Shown: piece by piece, positions 54,883 to 63,744 of the stretch
How positions within the stretch are numbered: the stretch's first letter is position 1
Layout: every line of letters starts with the position of its first letter
The notes under the pieces: generated by a model
What the model saw: only the letters and a program-made list of their open reading frames with translations
Databases searched by the model: none
What the model was told of the DNA's origin: nothing
Assembly (NCBI GenBank): GCA_002269645.1
Contig: NIVC01003136.1
Location: forward strand, 1-63,744
DNA length: 63,744 nucleotides
From: Macrostomum lignano
Taxonomy: Eukaryota
Direction of reading: 5' to 3'
Translations under genes and position numbers: made by a program

Positions 54883-57800
54883 ATGGACCGTCTTGCAGTG
54901 AACGAGCCGACGGTCACCCTGGCGGACTTCATGGCATCACCGGGAGTAACGCCAAACGGCCTGGCCGACGCCACCAACGGTCGTCGCCTGATTCACGCTG
55001 CTGCCGCCGAAGGCTCTCTGGACGCGCTGGGCCGGCTCCTGGACGCTGGGGCTGAAATCGGAGCTCGGACGCGCAACGGGGACTCGGTGCTGCACGTGTG
55101 CGCGCGTAGCGATAAACTTGCTTGTCTGCGCCTGCTGCTGGACCGCGGCGCCGACGTTAACGCCACCAACCAGGCCAAGGAGACGCCTCTGCACCTGGCG
55201 GTGGCAGCCAAGCAGCTGGAAATAGTTCGTGAGCTTCTGAGCCACGATGCCGACTGCAGCCTCGAGGATGCCTACGGTGATCTGGCGCTCCACGTGGCCT
55301 GCTTTGCTGAGGACTGTCACGCGGCGCGACTTGTTGTGAAGGCTGGCCCGGAGTTCGTCAACAAGCAAAATGCAAGTGGCAACACGCCGCTCCACATTGC
55401 CGCCCTGTGCGAGAATCCGGAACTGCTGGCGCTGCTGCTGCGGCACGGGGCCGACTTCAATGTGATGGATGCCAACGGAAAAACAGCTATCGACCTTCTG
55501 ACTGAGACTGGCGACACTTCCGGCATTGATTGCCTCGGCCGGCAGATCATCCGCGACCTGCGTCACTTTGTCAACGCAGAGAACATGGCTCAGATTGTCA
55601 GCTCCCGCGAAGGTGGCGCTTACCTGGACCACTTGCTGCACATTGACGGTCTCTGCAGCTCAAAGTTGGCCGCGCAGATCAGAGAAGCGGATCGGTGCAT
55701 GCAACTGGAGATGCTGGAGTCCGTCATCACCAAGAGAAAAGTGGATGCCGACCGTTTGATTCGCGAGCTGCAGGAGGCTTTCAATGCTGGGCTTCGCGCG
55801 GATCTGGAGAGCTCAGGAATACTTTGTCGCGCCGCCTGGAAGGTGGTGCAGCTGGTACTGTTCCCACAGAATGAGCCACTTTTGCAGCGCCTTGTAGCAA
55901 ATCGCAGCCTCTGGTCATCTCTGTCTCGCCACATCGAGTTAAGCATCGACCATCTCTATGCCAAGGCGCTGCGCAAAATGAAGGCTGGAGTGCGCGAGCT
56001 GCTGCGTCGTAACTGCACCGACGAGAGCGGTGTGAAAATCGACTTTGTCAAGATGAACAAGTTTCTGGCTAGAATCACATCCTATTGGTCCTTCAGCAAG
56101 CGTCCCCTCATGTTTGACATGCAAGACAGCTGTAGCGACAACCCGGACAGTAGCTGCCATAAGCGACCAATGCGAGACCCGCTACAATCGCTCGTAATGT
56201 GGGCCATCCTCACTGGGCGCCTGAGACTCGTGCCGACTCTGCTTCGCCAAGAGGAGTTCGATCTGGTACCGCTAGCTCTGCTCGCCACGACCGTACTGCG
56301 CTCACTCAGCCATCGGCGTGACATCGAGGACGTCTTCGTCGACAAAGCCGGTCGAGTAGCGGAAATCTGCGAGGGCATGGCCATCCAGGTCATTAAAGAG
56401 GTCAAGGAAGTGGACAACTCGCCAAACAACAGTCTTACCATTAGCTACGTCAGCCTACCATTGCCGAACTATGCCGGCTATAACATCCTGGATCTCTCGG
56501 CCCGAGGCTGCGCAAGCGAATTCATCAAGCTGGACATCGTGGAGTTGGCTACGGACAAAAATTGGTACGGCGACTTTTTCGATTTTAGCAGCGTCCTCAC
56601 GCGCGAGCTGGTCATTGTGTCCGGCTTCTTGCCTCCGTTCATGCTGCTTCTGCCACGCCTCATCAAACGCTATCGGCGCCCCGGCACGCGCAGCTTCCTC
56701 GAGACGGTTCTCAATGACCCAACTGACACTGTCTGCCATGCTGCTATTTTACAGAACGACACGGAAGCTCAAGAGAAGGCACAGGAGCTCGTGCAACTGC
56801 TGCCAGTTTCTGGTAAAAATAACAAGCTGACAACCGAAGAGGACGAAGTCCACAGGCCACACCGCCACAATGGCCTGATGGTGCGTGCCGTGGACTACAT
56901 GAAGGAGATGCTGCTGTTCTACAGAACTCCCTGCGTGAAGTTCCGCCTGCACGCCATATTTTACTTTGTATTTGTGAGCCTGCTGTCCTCCATGATCCTG
57001 CACGACTTCCAAGGCACCGCCAGTAGCACGGAGATTTTCTGCTACTTTGCCCTGCTTGGAATCTTCGTTGAAGAGTTGCGAGAGATGATTGCAGCTTGCG
57101 AGGAGGAGACGCTGCTAGTCTACATATCAGACGGATGGAACGCTATCGACCTGGTAGCCATATCATGTGGCTTCCTGGCTTTCGTCACCAGGCAGTTCAG
57201 CCCCGCATCTCGCCTGTCCACGTACGTCATTGGCCACGGCAAGGCTGCACAGGACATGTGCTACATCTTAATTGTCGTTACCACTCTGATCTTCTGGATA
57301 CGCATATTGTTTATCTCGATTGTGCTGGAGTCGGTGGGCGTCAAACTGAAGATGCTGTCGCTGATGATCAAGAAAGACTTCATTCCCTTTTTATACATCC
57401 TTTTCGTCATCATGCTGGGCTTTGGCATCGCATTCCATGCCCTGCTCTGGCCGAACGGTCAATACATCGGCAGTAACGGGAAGGCTATCCAGCTTCCCGC
57501 CTATGATATCCTCATCGAAATGTTCCATCGAACCTTCTATACGATCGTCGGTGAGTTTAGTGGGCCAGCCAGAATCAATTTCGATGACGTATCTACATGC
57601 ACATGCAGGGTATGCTGAACTAGGTACCAGGATTTTTGTTACAGTTTGTCTACATGTCAGTTAAATCATTCATTATTGGCTTTAGGACGTTTCTTGTAAC
57701 CTTCGAAAAAAATTCAGATAAATTTTGCGTTTGTAATTGAATGGTAGTTGGTGTTAATATTAAGTTAAACTGCATTTTGCCTTCCATGCAGGCGAATACG

Positions 57801-58461
57801 GCCTCGACGATATGCAGAACGTGTGCAAGAGAAATGAGACAAACGGTGAGCCCGAGGACTCAGTGGAGAAGTGCGTGGAGTCGCCCGGAAACGTGCTGGT
57901 GCCGTACGTACTGATGGTGGCCTACATCGTTATTGTGCAGGTTCTTCTTCTGAACGTCATCGTGGCCATGTTTAGCAAAACCATCGACATGGTGGACTCG
58001 AGTCAAAGTCTTTGTGGCTGTTTGAGCGATACGACCTCAACCAGGAGTTCTTCAAGCGCTCCGCCCTGCCAGCCCCGCTAAATATTCTGCTGGAGACCCG
58101 CAACTTTCTGATGTGGCTTCTGTCTCGCCTCTCCTGCTGCCGCCGCCGCAGCGGTCGCCGCTCCTTGATCGAAGTGCTGGTGCAGAACCAGCGGAACTTT
58201 GTATACCTGTTCTATCTGTTCTACCAGTCCGTGACGCTGCGCAAGCTGCGACCTAAGCTAGACGGTGTCGGTCTGGAACCGGAGGACTTCAGCCAGGAGG
58301 GCGCGGCTATGCAGCAGCAGCTGGCCGAGGTAATTCGGCGCCAGGAGGCCGCAGCAAACTGGCTGGACGATCAGGGCGAGGAGCTGCGACAACAACGGGA
58401 GGTTCTGGAGCAGATGACAGCGGTGCTGCTGCAGCCAAGAAAGAAGTCCAATGTTTTCTAG
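54883..58461 (+). CDS. TRPM-like cation channel with N-terminal ankyrin repeats, 2 exons, about 1112 aa after correcting a 1-nt frameshift near 58000
   Basis: Exons 54883-57550 and 57792-58461. About 6 ankyrin repeats; MHR-like LQSLVMWAILTGR and NYAGYNILDLS..KNWYG; S1 FYRTPCVKF; S3 DGWNAID; S4-S5; S6 VLLLNVIVAMF; TRP box LWLFERY..PAP; C-terminal coiled coil. Confidence 0.9.
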
Positions 58462-59573
58462 ACTGTCCGGCATATTAACAAGCTTTTTACCTTCGCCATT
58501 GGCTTTTTTATTCTGCATGTAACTGCAAGCGCCTTATCTTAAGCTGTCCGTACAACAGGCCAGGATTGAACTGCCTGATATTTATATTGATACGAATAGT
58601 TTCAAAGCGCCTACTTTGCTATTAGACCAGAGCTCGCACCCTCCACGAGTTTCCAGCTTCATCTTGTATCCCATTCGAATTTTTTCAAAGAGATTTAATC
58701 CCTTTCGAGTTCGCGCTTTGAAATGCTTTATCCTGCTTACTCTTAGGTCTCATCTATAGGACTGATTTGACAACTTGCTTTGGTCTCTGCATCAATCATA
58801 GGATGGTTCTTCTAGTTCAGTCGTGTTGGTTCTGTCCGACTTATGAAGGTTGATTCCGGTGTAATCCCGATTTAACAGCCAGTTTCTGCGCCAACTTTAC
58901 TGCCCCGGACCTGAGAGAAATGTCAGCGCATCGACCGCAGCCGGCTTCTAAACAGCAAACAATTTTTTTAATAAGCGCCTTCCTGCGCGCTGTGTTTACA
59001 AATTGAGTGTCGGAAATGCCACAGAATAAAACCGCTTTCTAGCATCGATTGGCTGCACAATTCGCAGCCTCAGCCATGTTAATCATCGCTGCTTTTGTCC
59101 AATTTCTGTGTTAAAATTTGATTTCTTTCTGTGGTACTGCAGGATTAAAAAAAACTTGCATAAGCTCTCTGGGATCGCAAGCGAAAAGTCTGGTTCGGCA
59201 CCGCAAGCATTTCAAGACTGGTGAGGATCGGCCCTGCCCTTGCCTGGACTGAATATCGATCCAGCGTAATAGTGGCTGCCAAGTGATAGTCTTGAGCCGT
59301 CAGTATACGCTTATATAGCCAATTGAACAGTGCTGTGTGCTGAATAGCATTGAGACAGACAGGCAGACAATGAACAGGCAGCTTGACAAACTGCATTTCA
59401 AACCGCCAGCCAGATGGCTGAGTGAATTGACAGATCTGCAAAGCTGGTATAATTGTTTCAGAAAATCTACTGAGCTTCAAAAAATTGGAAGTATCTCAAA
59501 GATTTTCATACACTAGTGTTAAGCAGCTCCAGAAAGAGTCATTGTTCCTCTGGGACTTTTCATGCAATGCGAC

Positions 59574-61797
59574 TCAGACACCTTGAGTGAATGCCAGATT
59601 TCCGAAGTAGTAAATCACAAGCAGTGCTAGGACCATAAACAGAGCTGGTAGGAGATAGACAATGGCTTTCTGTTTTGAACTCTCGTAAGTTTGAATATTC
59701 TTAGCGATCAATTCTTCTTGGGACTTCTGAGTGGCTGGAGCCGGCTGCGTACCTGGGGTAGTTACGGACTCTTCCGTGGATGCTGTCATCCTGTCTGTCG
59801 ATTGTGCAGTTGTTTGTGCTGTTAAAGATCTTATTGAAGGTGTTGTAGATGTTGTTGCAGCTGGTGTCGTCAAAGTTCCTGTTGTTGAGGATATTGAAGT
59901 TGTTAAGGTGGCTGCTGTGGACTCTACAGTCACTGAGGGCGTTGTTGCTAATAGCGTTGTGGTTGTCGTTTCTGGCTCAGCCGGAATGGCGCAGACAAAT
60001 TGAGCACTACTAGCCGAGGTGTCCACCTCCTGCAGGCCGGAGAAGGCGAGCGTAGCCGAGTCTCGGACCGCAACGATGCCCCATTTGGACTCAGAGACTT
60101 TCTTCTGCAGGTAGCCGTCCACCAGGCTCATAGTCTTGATCTGTAGCTTGGCACCGTGGCCGCCGTTGAAGCGATAGGGCGACTCCTCATAGGCAAGCAC
60201 GCAAGGATGGCACGGATCGATGAGCGAGTCGAACACGCTGCAAATTCCAGTTGGAATCGAATGTGAATCGGTGCAATTATTTAAAAGGGACAAAGGGACA
60301 TGCCAAGCTGCTTAAAACTAAAGAGCTCCTACTTGCTGAAGGCTTCGACCGATCCGTCCTCGCTCAGGTCCAGCGGGATCTCTCCTGCTATCCTGCCACA
60401 CCAGGACGCGACCTCCAGGTACGGCCTCGCAGTGTCGACTATCACGCGGAAGCAGAAATTTGTTCCGCTCGCGCTGCTGCAGAAGTACGCCGACACCTGG
60501 TTGCAGCAGGCCGCTGCCGGATTTGGGCAGGTGCACATGCAGATGGGCAGCCCCTCGCCTTTGGTCACTTTCTTCACTTGCCAGTCTCTGCTGTTTTTCG
60601 TGTTCTTGGTTATCACAGCCACTGTCGGGATGAGTCCGGATCGCTGAAGGACTTGGATCCGGTCAGCACGGCGGCCGGGGAGACGTAGAGCTGGCTGGTC
60701 TGGTTGCGCCACACGAACACGCGATCCGCCGGCGACGCCCGCGGAGCCATCGTGGCGTCAGTCCAGTACAAGGGACTGGCTGAGGCCGCTGCGGGGTTCA
60801 AGGAGCATAGGGTGAGAAGTGGGGAAGAGTTCGATGCGATCACAGTCACTTGTACGGCTCCGATGAAGCTTTGACACTTCCAAAATTATAAGGTCTGAGT
60901 TAGCTCATCAGTTTTGAAGTTGAAGAACTACGCTGGAGACTTAGATAAAACCCAATTCGATGTCATGCATTCTACAAAGTTTCTACCTGGTAAATCAGCT
61001 AATGCTCTTTTTAGTAACGCTGGGCCTTTAACTAAATCCCGAATAGCTTTGAGGTACACTGCCCTGCAAGTACCGGTAGATGGTACTTAAACAACTAGCA
61101 GACCGCACGTGCCCTCTGGCCGCACTTCCAAGCGGCAGTAAAGCGCCCATCGGCTTGCGGCCAGAAGCCCCTGCAGCTGACCGCCAAGTGAAATATTTTA
61201 CAGCGCAGACGGTCTGGTCAAAGTCGATCGCGACACAAAAAAACGCCGAGATAAACAAAGGAAATGTCAGAATTGCACCGAAGGGATTTAGGGAGAAAAG
61301 GCCGGATGCAAGCAAATCATTGGAGTCCGGCCTGGCTGGGGGTAAAAACTTGGGAGATTTTAGTATCAGATTCCCCTGGCTCGCACTGCCCCAACTTGGC
61401 CTCTCTGGCTCAACCTGCGCTCGGAGCCAAATGGAACTACGAGGGGGTGTCTAGGAGTGCCCGGACAAATTCATTTGAAACGCGGAATTCAGCTTAAGAT
61501 TACTATGAAGCAAAAGTAATTCTAATCCTTCATCGCGTGGGTGTAAATGTTCACGTTCAAATGTCACTCCAACCTTGTTAGCTGTGGGAGGTGCTGAACG
61601 AACAGCTCGAGGCTGTCCTGACCCAGCTGCTGCATTCCGAGGCCGTGGCAGACGCTGGCAGAGTAGGCCGCTGCCTGGCTCGTCACGCTGATGTTGAAGC
61701 AGTCGGTGCTGCACAGAATCCTCGATCGAAAAATTGCCTGACCGGCTGCGAGGCTGCAGCAGCCGAGGAGCAGCACTGCGACAGAGCCTGGCAGCAT
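59574..61797 (-). CDS. Type I membrane protein with two C-type-lectin-like domains and a Thr-rich mucin stalk (frameshifted)
   Basis: Signal peptide MLPGSVAVLLLGCCSLAAG. Approximate exons 61797-61574, 60788-60333, 60237-59574. CTL-like motifs A.VCHGLG, YW, FVW, LPICMC, FCFRV..Y..V..WC and QFVC; TM IVYLLPALFMVLALLVIYYFG. At least one frameshift is needed in exon 2, and the 3' end is uncertain. Confidence 0.6.
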
Positions 61798-62339
61798 GCT
61801 GGGTGAGAAACCTGCAGCAAGTGAGAGGCTCCAGGCACGGGTTATGAAGGCTTGGGGGTTGGCGCTGGCCGGGAGGCTGGCGGCTGCTCACCGATGCGGA
61901 GCGAAACTCCTTCCTGTCGCGCCCAAGCTATCGATCTCGACGGCGAGACTGGGTTGAAGTGTTTCTATGAAAATTTCAAGTCCTTGTTTTACTCGCAGCT
62001 TCAGTTTAGGCTAACTTCAGCCATTCAAAGGCATTTGTATTGCACGTGGATCAGGAAGAGCTCAAGCCCTTCAAGAAATGAGGAATCCTAGCTTAGCATC
62101 AAGTCCCCCTTAAAACTGAATTCCCAGCATCCATTGTCTCCCACAGTCTGCTCGATTATGCAGTCCCACGCATCTTGTCTCTATTCAGGGACAACAACCT
62201 CTTCACGTGTGTCCTGGCTCTGCAGATCCGTCTGCGGGATGGGGTTTCTTAGTTTCTATTCTCGCATAATCTGGTAATGAGATTTCCAATGCAGGTTCTC
62301 GGCGCCTTCACGCCGGCAAAAGAGAGCTGGACGCTCACC

Positions 62340-62695
62340 AATCTCCCCAGAGACGCACATTAATCTCCCTGAGATGCATACTAATCTCCCTTGAGACTCG
62401 CACACTAATCTCCCTGAGATGCACACTAATCTCCCTGAGATGCACACTAATCTCCCCTAAGATGCACACTAATCTCCCTGAGATGCACACTAATCTCCCT
62501 GAGATGCACACTAATCTCCCTGAGATGCACACTAATCTCCCTGAGATGCACACTAATCTCCCCTGAGATGCACACTAATCCCCCTGAGATGCACACTAAT
62601 CCCCCTGAGATGCACACTAATCTCCCTGAGATGCACACTAATCTCCCTGAGATGCGCACTAATCTCCCCTGAGACGCACACTAATCTCCCCAGAG
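62340..62695. repeat. 21-bp minisatellite (about 17 copies)
   Basis: Unit GCACACTAATCTCCCTGAGAT. Confidence 0.95.
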
Positions 62696-63133
62696 ACGCG
62701 TTGTAACCTTTGCGGAACAAACTACTGAGGTTAGTAACATGCTGGGTAAAGACTGAGGTCGAAGCCACTGAGCCAGCCACGGACCAGCGACGTACCTGCA
62801 GCCAGGCGCCCCGCTAGACTCCCTGCGCTGCTCAAGCTCTTTTGCCTGAGTCTTGACAGGTGTTGATCCAGTCAGAAACCGAGTTAATGTGCCCTGAAAA
62901 GCCGTCTCATGCGGCAACAGAGAGGATGAGGAGTCAGATACCTGATTGCACTCAGAGGCCAGCGGCTTACATCAAATTGCCTACAGGCACTCTGCCTTGG
63001 CTTACTGTAGGCTGCGCTTATTTTAAAGGGATGTGCAACCCTCACACTCACAGTCCACACTGGCACCGAAGTCCATGCCTCTTCCACCCGCCGAGAATTA
63101 CTCGTAGGTTGCCACGCTGGCTACTCTCAGTAG

Positions 63134-63744
63134 CTGAAACTCGGTCAGGCAAAGGGAATGAGTTTGCTCAGCAACATCCATGCCTTCCTCTGCGAGGCGT
63201 ACAGGATCCAAATGAGGTACACCTCGCTGGACAGAGAGAAGCAGTCACGCTACAACGTCTACTGCCCTGGCAAAGAGAGCCCTAGAGAAAAACAGTCTGC
63301 AGACGTCTGCACCAGAGCTTGGCCCTCTGCGCTGATGTACATTGTACCAAGAAGGTAAGAGATCCACTGCTAAGCGAGTCTAGTCCTAAGCGAGTCTAGT
63401 CCTAAGCGAGTCTAGTCCTAAGCGAGCCTAGTCCTAAGCGAGTCTAGTCCTAAGCGAGTCTAGTCCTAAGCGAGTCTAGTCCCAAGCGAGTCTAGTCCTA
63501 AGCGAGTCTAGTCCCAAGCGAGTCTAGTCCTAAGCGAGTCTAGTCCTAAGCGAGTCTAGTCCTAAGCGAGTCTAGTCCCAAGCGAGTCTAGTCCTAAGCG
63601 AGTCTAGTCCTAAGCGAGTCTAGTCCTAAGTGACCCAGTCGCCTAATGGGAGGTGAAGTTTTCGCACCTTCACATGCGATTCACAAACAGAGTTGGACAG
63701 AGTCTGCGCCTGTCCCTTACCCCAAGGGCAAACGAAGAGCCAAA
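63134..63744 (+). CDS. Exons of an unidentified gene running off the window
   Basis: Open frame LKLGQAKGMSLLSNIHAFLCEAY..YNVYCPG..CTRAWPSALMYIVPR ends at the strong donor AG|GTAAGA (63354/63355). A phase-compatible acceptor CAG| at 63690/63691 continues with VGQSLRLSLTPRANEEP. Confidence 0.4.
63370..63630. repeat. 16-bp tandem repeat (about 16 copies)
   Basis: Unit CTAAGCGAGTCTAGTC. Confidence 0.97.

Noticed and set aside
33035-63630. CRISPR arrays
   Set aside because: All arrays are head-to-tail with no unique spacers and no cas genes, in a eukaryotic context.

Overview
Eukaryotic, intron-containing invertebrate DNA in the standard genetic code. GC-rich exons and tandem-repeat-filled introns suggest a free-living flatworm such as Macrostomum; this is inference only. 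From left to right: (1) a near-intact minus-strand Ty3/Gypsy LTR retrotransposon (644-7878) with a tRNA-Gln primer site and a cold-shock-like domain between the Gag zinc knuckle and the protease; (2) a nest made of a GATGGGAC microsatellite split by a CMC/EnSpm-type non-autonomous transposon, next to a decayed DIRS/Ngaro-type element with a SAP-domain Gag; (3) a 6-exon bestrophin; (4) a 2-exon aminergic GPCR; (5) an RTP/zf-3CxxC-like gene; (6) mitochondrial ribosome recycling factor, head-to-head with a RING-less mex-3; (7) a 2-exon TRPM-like channel whose N-terminus is ankyrin repeats plus a CARD-like segment; (8) a C-type-lectin-like/mucin membrane protein; (9) an unidentified gene running off the right edge. 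The most novel-looking items are the Ank-CARD-TRPM chimera, the cold-shock domain in Gypsy Gag, and a recurring pattern of minisatellites built from splice donor, branch-point or acceptor sequence. Most long ORFs in the supplied track come from tandem repeats. Several genes carry single-base indels that could be assembly errors. All domain calls are by eye; no searches were run.
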